This document shows, piece after piece, positions 1 through 9,859 of a stretch of 64,000 nt of DNA. The number at the start of each line of letters is the position of its first letter. Position 1 is the stretch's first letter. Made by a program: the position numbers and the translations under genes. Where the stretch lies: contig CAVRKQ010000004.1 in NCBI GenBank assembly GCA_963722105.1, forward strand, positions 101,759 to 165,758, in the 5' to 3' direction. This DNA comes from an uncultured Chloroflexia bacterium. Lineage in GTDB: Bacteria > Chloroflexota > Limnocylindria > Limnocylindrales > CSP1-4. The notes beneath the pieces are model-generated. The model was not told the DNA's origin. It was given only the letters and a program-made list of their open reading frames with translations, and did not search any database.

Positions 1-50
1 CCCGCTACGACGCGGCGACGGCCCTCCCTGGCGACGCCGAGCGCGCGTAC

Positions 51-1610
51 ATGCCCGCCGCCGACCGGCCGGAGCGCGTCTACGCGAGGCGCCCTCGCCC
101 AGCCGCCGGGGCCTCTGGCGGGGCCTCGGGCGGCGCGGAGCGCACGCGGGTCTCATCGCCAGAAAGCTTCGGGGTCAACAGCCGGGACGTGCGGCACTTC
201 CTGACCGAGCTCCGCACCCTCGGCGGGAGCCGTGCCACCGATGTCCTGAACGCAAAGCTCGCCCTCGATGCGACGGCCTACGCCGAGGCGCGTTCCTCAG
301 CCCTGGCGGCCGCGCGCGCATGGCGCGAGGGCGAGTGGACCTTCGCGCGTGAGGCTGCGTACGTCATCGCCCGAGGCAAGCTGTCCGGGTCGCCGATCGA
401 GCCGGCGGTCGCGACGATCGTCGCCGACATCGCGGGCGCCATCGTGGTCCGCGACCAGATCACCTCGCGCGAGTTCCTGCTGCTCCTCGCACCATGGTCC
501 GAGACGGCAACGCCCAGCGTGGCGACGCGTGAGCGACCGCAAAGAACCAGCACCCCTCGGCTCGCCGGGGTCGGCGCGCTGGCCGGACGAACGATGCGAT
601 CCGGGCGCACGGGGCTCGCCGGGCTGGGCGCGCTTGCCGGCCAGGCCGCACGATCGGGACGAACTGGGCTCAATGAGCTCAGCGGACTGGCCGAGCAGAC
701 GGTCCAGACCGGGCTCGAGGGGCTCGACGGGATCGGTGCCCGGGCCGGACAAGCGGTGCGATCTGGGCAAGCCGGGCTCAGTGGGCTCGGCGCGCTAGCT
801 GGACGAGCCGCCCCGACCGGCCAACGTGGCCGCGAAGCGGTCAGCGGGCCCGGCGAGGCGAGCTGGCCGGCCGACGGAACCGGGCGAATCGGGCTCGATG
901 GGCTTCGAGCGCCGGCCGGCTGGGCGATGCCGACCAACCTCTCCAAACCGGTCCGAAGCGGACCCACCAGGTTCGGCCGATCGCGACGGCCGCTGGCAAT
1001 CGGTGTTTCGGTGTCCGTGCTCATCGCGGTCATCGCGATCGCCGCCCTTGGTCGGATCCCGAAGCCCGAGACGGCCATCGCCGCGTTGACGGACGCCCCG
1101 CCGTCGTTCTCGGCCCTTGTCTCGCCCGGCGTTGCGGCCCCGTCGGCGTCCACGGGCATCGTCGGCCCGATCCTGCCAGGCGCGAGCCCCACGCCCGAGG
1201 TCGAGACGCCGGACGCGACCACCGAGGTCGATGCGACGCCGGTGCCCGCCGGGCCCCCAACGGCGCGTCCACCCGGCCCGACCCCGACGCCGAAGCCGGG
1301 CCAGACACCGAAGCCGACGCCGAAGCCGACGCCGCACCCCACGCCGCCGCCGACGTCGGCGCCGACACCCACACCCACGCCGACACCCACACCCGCGCCA
1401 ACCACGCCACCGACGACGTGCACCGTCATCAACCTCTTCAACGTGAACACGGGCAACGCGCAGGCCGCCTGGAACACCGCGGGGTTCACCGGGGTCGTGC
1501 TCTTCTCACCGCAGCCGCCACCGCAGTACAAGATCAAGTGGCAGAGCCTCGGCGCCGGGACCAGCGTGCCGTGCACGAGCGACATCAGCGTCCAGAAGAC
1601 CGCGCCCTGA
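51..1610 (+). CDS. Membrane-anchored repeat protein, family unknown. It has a conserved N-domain, about 8 degenerate G/A/R-rich 17-18-aa repeats (GLxGLGALAGxAxRSGRT), one TM helix, a Pro/Thr linker and a Cys-containing C-terminal module. The N-terminus may extend upstream of the window, as the frame is open back to position 3.
   Basis: 519-aa ORF. The N-terminal ~110 aa align with ORF 19291..20961 (SFGxNxxDVxxFLxEL...AYAxAR...REAAxxVAR...IAGxIxVRDxI...LLLxPW). TM segment LAIGVSVSVLIAVIAIAALG. PT-rich linker PTPTPKPGQTPKPTPKPTPHPTPP. Confidence 0.6.
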   Translation: MPAADRPERVYARRPRPAAGASGGASGGAERTRVSSPESFGVNSRDVRHFLTELRTLGGSRATDVLNAKLALDATAYAEARSSALAAARAWREGEWTFAREAAYVIARGKLSGSPIEPAVATIVADIAGAIVVRDQITSREFLLLLAPWSETATPSVATRERPQRTSTPRLAGVGALAGRTMRSGRTGLAGLGALAGQAARSGRTGLNELSGLAEQTVQTGLEGLDGIGARAGQAVRSGQAGLSGLGALAGRAAPTGQRGREAVSGPGEASWPADGTGRIGLDGLRAPAGWAMPTNLSKPVRSGPTRFGRSRRPLAIGVSVSVLIAVIAIAALGRIPKPETAIAALTDAPPSFSALVSPGVAAPSASTGIVGPILPGASPTPEVETPDATTEVDATPVPAGPPTARPPGPTPTPKPGQTPKPTPKPTPHPTPPPTSAPTPTPTPTPTPAPTTPPTTCTVINLFNVNTGNAQAAWNTAGFTGVVLFSPQPPPQYKIKWQSLGAGTSVPCTSDISVQKTAP

Positions 1611-1616
1611 CGGTCG

Positions 1617-2099
1617 CTACTTCCAGTCGACGGTGACGACCTCGACGGGCTCCGAGAAGCCCTTCAGCGTCTCGCTTCGGGCCTGCGAGATCGGGTAGGT
1701 GTCGCCCGCGGTCGAGGTGCTGGCGACGATCTCGCCGCCCTTCGCCAGCGCGGCGATGCGCGCCGCCTCGTGGACGCCGCGCCCGCGGTAGTTGTCGCCG
1801 ATGACGTTCGCGTCGGCGGCGTGCAGGCCGATCCGGACCGGCGGCGCGAAGCCCTGCTGCTGGCGGTGCTCGGCGAGGCGGCGCTGGATCGCGACCGCGG
1901 CAGCGACCGCCTGCTCCGGCGAGTCGAAGCCCACGAAGAAGCCGTCCCCGGTCGTCGAGATCTCCTTGCCCTGGTGGGCGCTGAAGACCTCCCGGATCGT
2001 CGCGTCGTGCCAGCGCAGGAGGGTGTCCCAGGCCTCGTCGCCCATCACCTCGACGAGGTTCGTCGACCCGACGACGTCGGTGAACATGAACGTCTTCAT
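1617..2099 (-). CDS. Stand-alone class III adenylate/guanylate cyclase catalytic-domain protein, about 160 aa.
   Basis: KTFMFTDVVGSTNLVEVMGDEAW...TTGDGFFVGFDSPEQAVAAAVAIQRRL...RIGLHAADA...YRGRGVHEAARIAALAKGGEIV is the canonical CHD fold. It is a paralogue of the cyclase domain in 17256..19238. Confidence 0.8.
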   Translation of the reverse strand: MKTFMFTDVVGSTNLVEVMGDEAWDTLLRWHDATIREVFSAHQGKEISTTGDGFFVGFDSPEQAVAAAVAIQRRLAEHRQQQGFAPPVRIGLHAADANVIGDNYRGRGVHEAARIAALAKGGEIVASTSTAGDTYPISQARSETLKGFSEPVEVVTVDWK

Positions 2100-2351
2100 G
2101 ACGCGCCGCTTCGGCTCGCTGCGGCCACGGAGCTGCCACGGCAGGAGCTCGGCGACGTCCTCGATGATGACGGCCGCGGTCGGGCAGGCGAACGCGGCCT
2201 CGCGCAGGAGCTCGTCCTCGACGCTGTCGGGGTCGACGACATCGGCCTTGCGAGAAGTCGCCGCGGAGCCAGTCGAAGGCCGTCGGCGCGATCGTGATGC
2301 AGTTGCCGGCGCCGATGCACTTGTGGCGATCGACCCGGACGCGGAGCGGCA

Positions 2352-5300
2352 TCAGCCCCTCACGGCGACCATGCTCGACGGCGGGGTCAGCCCCCGGAAC
2401 GCGAGCGATGTCGCCTCGGCCCGGCTCGACGTTCCGAGGCGGGCCAGGACGCGAGACAGGCGTTCGGCGAGGTCGGCCTCGGACATGTCCAGTGCGTCGG
2501 CCATCTCGCGGTTCGTCTGGCCCTCGGTCAGCAGGTGCATGATCCGGCGATCGAGGTCATCGAGGGACCCGACACCGTCGGCCGTGGCCTCCGCTCCAGC
2601 CGCCCGGGCCGGAGCCGCGACAATGGTGGGCTCGAGCCCGCCGGTGAGCTCGACCAGCTCGCGGCCGAGCGGGCCCCGCAGCCAGCGGACGCGCACCTGG
2701 TCGTCGAGGGTCGCCTGGGCGATACGCGACAGGACCAGCTGCAGGTAGCCCCGGATCCCCTCCTGCATCTCTGGCGGGCCGCCGGCGAAGACGCCCGCGA
2801 CTCGCGGACAACAGCGTCTCGAGGTGCGCGTCCTCGGTGAGCGACGCATCGAGCGCCTCGAACGCAGCGCCGCCCGCGGCTGCTGCCGCCGCGGACATCA
2901 CCGCGCGCCACGGCGATCTCGGCTCGCGCCGCGTCGGCCTGCGCGGCCCAGAGCGCGTGCCCGGGCAGCGAGGCCGCAAGCGCCGTCGCCTGGTCGGCGG
3001 CCTCCTCGGCGAGGGCGAGCAGCTCCGTGTCGGCGGTTCGTGCGCCCAGGCGCGCGGCCGTGATCGCGAGCCACGCGGCGACTTCGCAGCGGGCCACCGC
3101 GCCGGCGCGATTCGCGAGCGAGCCGGGCCTGCTCGAAGTGCAGGCGCAGCCCATCCGCGTCCCCCGCCGCGGCACGGGCTCGGCCGCGCCACAGCTCGAT
3201 CTGCCGCGTTCGCAGTCGGGGTCGGCGCGCTCGCGGCCACTGGCGCCGCGATATCGAGCCAGCGCTCCGCCTCCTCGATGTCGCCGAGCTCCAGGTGGGT
3301 CAGCGCCACACCGCCCGCGGCGCGGAACTCCGTCGCCTGGTCGCCGGCGAGCCTTGCGGCGCGGTACGCCTCCTCGCCGCGCGTTGATGGCGAGGTCCGG
3401 CACGACCTTGGCGCGCGCGAAGACATGCACGCCGAACAGCATCTGGAGCTCCTGCCGCTCCCGCTCGCTCTCGGTCACGAGCTCGGCGAAGCGCGAGGTG
3501 ACCCGTCGGATCTCCTCGAGGTGGCGCGCCGATGCGTTCAGGTGAATGGCCGGCGCGTAGTTGATGTAGGCCATGAGGATCACGGTCGACATCACGCCGG
3601 TGCGGTCGTCGAGGCGGATGAAGATCTCGAGCGCGCGCTCGCAGTGGCCCCTTGCGCGCATCACCAGCGGCGCGACCGGCTGGTCCTTCAGCACGGCGTC
3701 GAGCTCCTCGCCCGCGAGCACCCGCCGCGCGAGCTCCTGGACCTTCCCGGCCTTGACCTCGCCGACGAACCACGTCCGGACCCGCGACAGCGCCAGCATC
3801 CCGGCCTCGCGCTCCGCGGCCGCGAGGCTCCGCTCGTCGCCGAGCTCGGTCGCGAGCTCGATGGCCCGGGCGAACGCCTCCTCGGCGGCATCGACGTCGA
3901 CCTCGAGGTCCGAGACGCCGAACCCCTCGCCCAACGTCGACTGCGTCAGCGCCTGTCCGAGCTCGAGCGTCGCTCGCAGCTCCGATGTCGTGTCCCCATC
4001 CGCCGCGGCGCGCTCACGGACGCGACGCGCGAGCTCCGCGGCCGCGTCCTCGTCGTGGCCGGCTCGAAGCGCGGCGGCGCGGCGCAGCTGGACATCGATC
4101 TCGAGGGGTCGATCCTTCGAGGCCTCGGCCAGCGCACCGAGCTCGGCCAGGCCATCCAGCCGGTCGGTCGATCGGCGGAGCACGGCGAACGCGTCGTCGC
4201 GGCAGGCCAGCAGCGTCCGGCGATCGGCCACGGCCGACACGACCGGCAGCGCTGCCTCCACCAGTCGCAAGGCCTCTTCCGGCGCATTCGACTTGAGGGC
4301 CGCCGTGGCGGCGTCGATCGAGAACCGCGCCGCGCGCTCGTTGTCGCCCGCCGCGAGGGCGTGCTGGGCGAGCATCTGGAGACCCTCGGCGGGCGGCTCG
4401 CCGCCCTCGAGCAGGAGGTCGACCACCGCCCGATGGACCTCGCGCCGTCGGGCGTTCGAGAGCTGGGCCGTCGAGAAGTCGCGGACCTGCTCGTGGGTGA
4501 AGGTGTAGTCGGCGGCGTCGCCCTCGGGGTGCGGGAGCAGGAGGCCGGCTTCGACGGCCGGCGCGAGCGCTTCGGCGATCTCCGCCGCGCGGTCATCCGC
4601 GTCGCGGGCTGTCAGGCCCGCTGCCGCACCGGATCCCGCACCTCCGATGGTGACCAGGTCCCGAACGCTGAAGCTCCGGCCGAGGACGCCGGCGTCGCCG
4701 AGCAGGGCCAGCGTCGGGGCCGGGAGCCGCGCGGCCCGGCGCGAGATGAGCGTCCGAACCGCCGAGGGCACCAAGCGGGCCGCGTTCCGCCCGAGCCGCC
4801 ACTCCCCATCGCTCTGCTGGAGCGTGCCGGCCTCCCGATGCGTCCGGGCGAGCTCTTCGACGATGAAGGGGACGCCCTCGGACTGGGCGTGCATCGCGGC
4901 GACGGACTGGCCATCGACCGGGCCGCCGAGGACCTGGCGAAGGAGGAGCGCGGTCTCGGCGGCGGCAAACCTGGACACCCGGAGCCGGCGGACGAGGCCC
5001 ATCCGCTCCATGTCGGCGATGAAGTTGACTGCCTCGGCAACCTTGGCGAGCTCGTCCGAGCGGAAGTTGAGGAACAGGAAGACGGGCTGCTCGGCGACGC
5101 TCCGGATGGCGTAGCGGAGCATCCGGAGGGTGTCGTCATCGGCCCATTGGACGTCGTCGAGGAGCAGCGCGATCGGCTTCACCGTTGCCAGCTCCTGGAT
5201 CGCGATGCCCGCGAGGTCGAAGGTCCGGAGGAGCTTGGCGTCGGGCGAGAGCGTCTCGAAGCCCGGCTCGTCGCGGCCGCTGAGGGCGTCCGTCACGCGC

Positions 5301-5737
5301 CGGACCGCCACCTCCGCGCGGGTCCCGACGGCGGTCTCGCGGAGCGCGCCGTTCCCGAACAGGCTCCGGGCGACGAGGAATGGGCCGCGGATCTCCTCGT
5401 CAGCGGTGATCGCGACCGTGGCGAATCCGGCCGCCGTGGCCATCTCCGCGGCCGCGATGAGGAGCCGGGTCTTGCCGATGCCCGGCTCGCCCTCGAGCGT
5501 GACCGCGGTCAGGTGGTTCCTGGCGTCGCGGATGGACTGCTCGATCGCGGTGAGCTCCAGGGTCCGGCCGACGATCGACCCGGTCGCGCGCCGAAGCTGG
5601 ACGCTGAGCGAGCACTGCGGCTGGACGAGCGGGTCGAGCGCCTCGCCGTCGAGCAGCCGGAGGCCGGCGCCGCTTGCGGGCTCGGCAGCGCTCGCGACCG
5701 GGCCATTCGCGTCCGGCTTGTGTGCCTCCGCAACCAT
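2352..5737 (-). CDS. Large NACHT/AAA ATPase - TPR - LuxR-HTH transcriptional regulator (MalT/Rv0386-like, but without a cyclase domain). Reading through needs at least 3 frame changes, at about 3410, 3140 and 2860, so it is either a pseudogene or an indel-error artefact.
   Basis: N-terminal P-loop GEPGIGKTRLL, Walker-B LLLDDVQWADDDTL, TPR-like helical repeats and a C-terminal LuxR HTH (LTEGQTNREMADALDMSEADLAERLSRVLARLG in frame 2352..2849). Real-looking sequence switches between three frames (ORFs 2528..5737, 2557..3426, 2352..2849). Confidence 0.7.
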
Positions 5738-5771
5738 CGCGTTCGATTATGCGCGTGCCGTCCTGCGACAG

Positions 5772-5805
5772 GAAAAGCCGCCGGGTCCAAGCGGGCCCGG
5801 CGGCT
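5772..5805 (-). terminator. Intrinsic terminator-like hairpin downstream of the glsB-like gene. The stem is GCCGCCGGGTCC/GGGCCCGGCGGC, followed by a T-run on the minus strand.
   Basis: 12-bp stem with one mismatch, 4-nt loop, then TTTTCC on the minus strand. Confidence 0.4.
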
Positions 5806-5851
5806 CGATGCTCACGGTGTTGGCGCCGTCAGAGGGCGCCGGGTCTGGACC

Positions 5852-6157
5852 TCAGACCGGGCCGCTGCCCGTCCGGGTTCGCCCGCGAAGGGCATTCCAG
5901 CCGACCACGACGATCACGGCGCCGATGACGGCGACGATGATGGTGGTGAGGCTGAAGTCGTTGATGTAGTTACCGCCGGTGCCAGGCAGCAGCAGACCGG
6001 CGAGGAACCCGCCGACGAGCGCGCCGACGATGCCGAGCGCGATGTGCCCGATGACACCCATGCTCTCGTCACCCTTGACGAGGAAGCCGGCCAGGTAGCC
6101 GGCGATCGCCCCGACGACCAGCCACGAAATGATTCCCATGGGTTTCGACCCCTCCAT
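5852..6157 (-). CDS. GlsB/YeaQ/YmgE-family transglycosylase-associated small membrane protein. The true start is probably Met7 at 6139.
   Basis: MGIISWLVVGAIAGYLAGFLV...GIVGALVGGFLAGLLL is the typical fold. Three TM helices. Confidence 0.8.
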   Translation of the reverse strand: MEGSKPMGIISWLVVGAIAGYLAGFLVKGDESMGVIGHIALGIVGALVGGFLAGLLLPGTGGNYINDFSLTTIIVAVIGAVIVVVGWNALRGRTRTGSGPV

Positions 6158-6278
6158 GTTTGCTCGCGCGTCGTTCGACGCGCGCTTGGGCTACGTGAAC
6201 CATCGACCGGATGACGATACGCCTAGACAGCAGCCGGGATCGAACCTGAATCAGCCGCATGACGAGCGCAGCGGCGAG

Positions 6279-6758
6279 CTAGCCCGTGATCGACCCCAGG
6301 TGAGCCTCGGCCTGGAAGAGATTGATGCCGCTGTCGATGAGGTCGAGCAGCGCCCGCATCGTGCGCTCCTCCTCGACCTGCTCGGCGATGAACCACTGCA
6401 GGAACTCGAGGCTGCGGTGGTCGCCGGCGTCGCGAGCAGCCGCCGCAAGCGTGTTGAACAGGCCCGTGACCCTCGCCTCGTTGGCTCCTGCGGCCTCGAC
6501 GACGTCGCGCGCGGACGCGTAGGACGTGGGGGCACCTCGGACCGCCGGCAACGCGAACTTGATGTCGTTGTCGATCAGGAAGGTCATGATCCTGGCGCCG
6601 TGGCCCGCCTCCTCGACCGCCTGGTCGTGGAAGAGCTTGGCCCAGCCCTTGAGGCTCACGCGCTCGAAGTAAAGCGACATCCCCATGTAGGTCTGGTGCG
6701 CCGTCAGCTCGTGCGCGATCTGGGCCACGAGGAGCTTGGCGACCGGCTCGCTGATCAT
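6279..6758 (-). CDS. Ferritin-like protein (non-haem ferritin / bacterioferritin superfamily).
   Basis: MISEPVAKLLVAQIAHELTAHQTYMGMSLYFE...EEAGHGARIMTFLID...EFLQWFIAEQVEEE is the ferritin four-helix di-iron signature. The upstream part of the 232-aa ORF is Arg/Gly-rich junk. Confidence 0.8.
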   Translation of the reverse strand: MISEPVAKLLVAQIAHELTAHQTYMGMSLYFERVSLKGWAKLFHDQAVEEAGHGARIMTFLIDNDIKFALPAVRGAPTSYASARDVVEAAGANEARVTGLFNTLAAAARDAGDHRSLEFLQWFIAEQVEEERTMRALLDLIDSGINLFQAEAHLGSITG

Positions 6759-6775
6759 GCTGGAAGGGTACGTCG

Positions 6776-8362
6776 TCAGTCGCGCCACGGCGCAGGCGCC
6801 GGCCGGCCCAGCAGGTAGCCCTGGCCGAGCCCGACGCCCAGCCCCCGAAGCGCCTCGAGCTCCGCTTCTGTCTCGATGCCCTCCGCGATCAGCTCGCAGC
6901 CCGTCTCGCCGGCGAAGTGCACGAGGCCGGAAACCAGGGCCCGCCGGATCGGGTCCTCGTCGATGAGGCGGACCCACTCGATGTCGAGCTTCACGTAGTT
7001 CGGCTTGAGCGCGAAGATGTGGCGGAGGCTCGCGAATCCCGAGCCGGCGTCGTCGATCGCGAGGCGGACGTTCTGGCCCAGGCCCGCGAGCGCCGTCTTC
7101 ACCGCTTCGTAGTCGTCGATCCGCTCGTGCTCGGTGAGCTCGACGATGATCGTCCGATCGGTCGAGGCGAAGAGCTCGGGCAGCGACGGCTCGTGCTCGA
7201 TGACCTCCGCCGAGAGGTTGACGCTGAGCGCGACGCCGGGATCCAGGGACGCGACCCCCTCGACCGCGGCGGCGGCGGTTGCCCGCTGCAAGGCCGCCCC
7301 GAGCCCGATCGCGGCCGCCTCCTCGAACACGACGTCCGGCGCGGTGCCGTCGGCGAACCGCGTCAGCGCTTCCACGGCGACGAGCTCCCGCGACTCGAGC
7401 CGGACGATCGGCTGGAAGACCATCGTGAAGGCCCGATCGGCAATCAGCGTGCGCAGCCGCGTGATGGCGGCATCCGCGGTCTCCGCGCGCTCGACGGCCG
7501 GGCGCAGGACGACCACGATCTGACCGGTCGCGTCGATCAGGTCCGGCAAGCGGTGCGACATCGGCGCGCCGCGCCCGGCGGGTCGGAGGGCATAGACGAG
7601 GCAGCCCAGCGGCGCCCCGCCCGCGCCGAGGCGGAACGGAACGTAGGCGGCATCCACGAGCCAGCCGTCGGAGACCGACGGCGCCTTGCCGCTGTCAGTC
7701 CAGGGGCTGCTGGAGGCGCGGGCCGCGATCTCGCTCCCGAGTGGCTCATCGATCGCCCGCCCCGGCGGGAACCGCGACTCGAGGATGCCGCTCGCCGCAA
7801 TGCTCCGGACGGCGTCGCCACCGAAATGGAGGATCGCGACGCCGTCGACGCCGAGCGCGCTCGGGATCTGCTTCGTGAGCTCGGCGGCGAGCTCCAGGAG
7901 CGACCCGCTCTTGGTGAGCCCCTCGAGCATCGCGTTCAGGTTGCGCCGGACCTCACGACCCTGCTCCAGCTCTGAGGTCCAGGCGGTTCGCTCCCGCAGC
8001 TGCGCCCGCACGCGAGCCGTCAGCTCGCGGACCCGGACCGGTTTCCCGAGGTAGTCGTCCGCACCGAGCTCGAGGCCGCGGATCCGCTCGGTCTCATTGA
8101 TCGACCCGGTCACGAGGATCACCGGCAGCGTCTTGAACCGGTCGCTGGCGCGGATCTGGCGGAGCGTCCGGAGGCCGTCGAGGAACGGCATGTCGACATC
8201 GAGCAGGACGACATCGAAGGCCTGCTCGTCCAGCCTGGCGAGGGCGTCGCGACCGTTCGTGGCGAGGACCGTTTCATAGCCCTCGCGCGCGAGGGCGGCT
8301 TCGAGGTACGCGCGGGTCGCCGCGTCGTCGTCAGTGATCAGGACGCGCGGATTCTTCGCCAC
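6776..8362 (-). CDS. Response regulator with REC, a GAF-like middle region and an EAL c-di-GMP phosphodiesterase domain.
   Basis: REC: VLITDDDAATRAYLEAAL...VVLLDVDMPFLDGL...PVILVTG. EAL: FTMVFQPIVRLESRELVAVEALTRF...LAIDDAGSGFASLRHIFALKPNYVKLDIEWV...ELIAEGIETEAELEALRGLGVGLGQGYLLGRP. Confidence 0.85.
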   Translation of the reverse strand: MAKNPRVLITDDDAATRAYLEAALAREGYETVLATNGRDALARLDEQAFDVVLLDVDMPFLDGLRTLRQIRASDRFKTLPVILVTGSINETERIRGLELGADDYLGKPVRVRELTARVRAQLRERTAWTSELEQGREVRRNLNAMLEGLTKSGSLLELAAELTKQIPSALGVDGVAILHFGGDAVRSIAASGILESRFPPGRAIDEPLGSEIAARASSSPWTDSGKAPSVSDGWLVDAAYVPFRLGAGGAPLGCLVYALRPAGRGAPMSHRLPDLIDATGQIVVVLRPAVERAETADAAITRLRTLIADRAFTMVFQPIVRLESRELVAVEALTRFADGTAPDVVFEEAAAIGLGAALQRATAAAAVEGVASLDPGVALSVNLSAEVIEHEPSLPELFASTDRTIIVELTEHERIDDYEAVKTALAGLGQNVRLAIDDAGSGFASLRHIFALKPNYVKLDIEWVRLIDEDPIRRALVSGLVHFAGETGCELIAEGIETEAELEALRGLGVGLGQGYLLGRPAPAPWRD

Positions 8363-8438
8363 GGAATGCGACGATGCGCCGCTCCCGGGTTCTCAGAAAG
8401 GAATTTGTGCCGCGAGACCGCCGCGGAGGCGAGCTCCG

Positions 8439-9125
8439 CTACTCGTCCAGGCGCTCCGGCCGGAGCAGCCGCAGGCCGACCCGGCCCTCCCGGCGCACGA
8501 TCCCCTCCCCCTCGAGCTGCCGCAGGACCCGCCGGGTCATCTCCGGGCTCGTTCCCACCAGGCCCGGCAGGTGCGTTCGGTTCAGCACGACGGGCTCGTC
8601 GAAGAACAGCGCCCGATGGCGAGCCAGGATCCGGAGCACCCGCCGTCGCCCGTCCTGGTGGAGGAAGCCCTCGATCCGCTCGATCGTCTGGTGCAGCGAC
8701 GCGGCCATCGAGTCGATCGCGACCAGGGCAAAGCCGGGATCGGCCGCGACGAGGGCCCGGACATCCGCTCCCGGCCACTGGGCGACCGCGGCCGGAGTGA
8801 TCGCGATGAGCTCCACGCTCGACGACTGCGCCCCGATTCCCGAATATCCGAACACCACGCCGGACTGCGCGACGCCGCTCAGCAGCTCGTGGCCGTCGGC
8901 GGTCGTTCGTCGGGCGACGCCATAGCCGTCGAGGATCAGCGTCAGCGGCACCAGCTCGCCCTGGGGGTAGATCACGTCGCCGGCGCGGAGGGGCCGCAGC
9001 CGGGCGGTCGCCGCAAGTCGCTCGATCGTCTCCTGCCGGGCGCCGTGCAGCAGCGTCGCGAGGCGGTCCGCCAGCTCTCGGCGGCTGCCCTGGACAGGCG
9101 ACTCCGGTGCGATCGTCGCAACCAT
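8439..9125 (-). CDS. Crp/Fnr-family transcriptional regulator with a cNMP-binding domain and a C-terminal HTH.
   Basis: cNMP-binding fold (LRAGDVIYPQGELVPLTLILDGYGVARRTTADGHELLSGV...) followed by the HTH RTHLPGLVGTSPEMTRRVLRQLEGEGIVRR. The start is Met184 of the 411-aa ORF. Confidence 0.8.
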   Translation of the reverse strand: MVATIAPESPVQGSRRELADRLATLLHGARQETIERLAATARLRPLRAGDVIYPQGELVPLTLILDGYGVARRTTADGHELLSGVAQSGVVFGYSGIGAQSSSVELIAITPAAVAQWPGADVRALVAADPGFALVAIDSMAASLHQTIERIEGFLHQDGRRRVLRILARHRALFFDEPVVLNRTHLPGLVGTSPEMTRRVLRQLEGEGIVRREGRVGLRLLRPERLDE

Positions 9126-9245
9126 GCGAGACAAGGCTAATCCCCGTGCGACGTTGCCGTCCGCGCCGTTGACGCCGTGGTGATGCCGCCGACCGGCGCG
9201 CGGGCTACGATCGGATCGGTCCGGGAACTGAAGAGGGAGTGTCCA

Positions 9246-9716
9246 ATGCAACCGCATGCAACTCCCGTTGTGCTCCTCCCCGGTGAGGGTCGGGCGATCG
9301 ACCTTGGCAACTTCGGCATGTCGGTCAAGGTCGCCGGCGCGGAGACGGGCGGCGTCTTCACGCTGCTGGAGGCGACGGAGCCGCCCAACTTCGGTCCCCC
9401 GATGCACATCCATCACGACTGCGCGGAGGCGTTCTTCGTCCTCGAGGGCGAGTACCGGATCTTCATCGAGGGCCTGGAGCATCGCTGCCCGCCGGGCTCG
9501 TTCATCCTGATCCCGAGCGGCCTCCGCCACGGCTTCCGCGTCGGCGACGTGCCGAGCCGGAAGCTGAACCTCTACGCGCCGGCCGCGATGGTCGACTACT
9601 TCTTCGACCTGTCGAAGGCGATGGCCGGCGGCGTGGCCGATCCGGGCACACTGGATGACATCGCCCGACGCCATGGCATGGAGGTCGTTGGGCCGGTCCC
9701 GGAGGGCTATCTGTAG
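9246..9716 (+). CDS. Cupin-domain protein.
   Basis: FTLLEATEPPNFGPPMHIHHDCAEAFFVLEGEYRIFIEG...PGSFILIPSGLRHGF carries the cupin motifs G(X)5HXH(X)3-4E(X)6G and PxGxxHxF. Confidence 0.7.
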   Translation: MQPHATPVVLLPGEGRAIDLGNFGMSVKVAGAETGGVFTLLEATEPPNFGPPMHIHHDCAEAFFVLEGEYRIFIEGLEHRCPPGSFILIPSGLRHGFRVGDVPSRKLNLYAPAAMVDYFFDLSKAMAGGVADPGTLDDIARRHGMEVVGPVPEGYL

Positions 9717-9859
9717 CTCCGCGGGGTTGGATCAGTCGAACATTTGTGCTATGATCTAACGACCGCCGTCATCTGACGACGCTGCTGCGTGTGGTCGACC
9801 CCCTTTTCGAACGGGCCGTGCGTCTTGCAATCCGTGTTCGGGAAGTGTTGGAGGTCAAT

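Noticed and set aside
1030-1446. PT-rich / Pro-rich tracts in several proteins (51..1610, 47417..49102, 62186..63484, 30532..31743) considered as DNA-level repeats or a mobile cassette.
   Set aside because: They are ordinary interdomain Pro/Thr linkers of actinobacterial secreted proteins. The nucleotide sequences are not identical between genes.
2837-6214. 1125-aa ORF on the plus strand antisense to the LuxR-ATPase regulator. Similar long antisense or alternate-frame ORFs include 278..1585-, 9769..11280-, 11316..12443-, 17730..19235-, 19473..21851+, 28366..30057-, 28890..30254+, 45641..47347+, 51623..54151- and 52897..54969- outside their real parts.
   Set aside because: Their composition is Arg/Gly/Pro/Ala-run junk typical of wrong-frame translation of ~70% GC DNA. 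Each overlaps a gene with clear family signatures on the other strand or frame.
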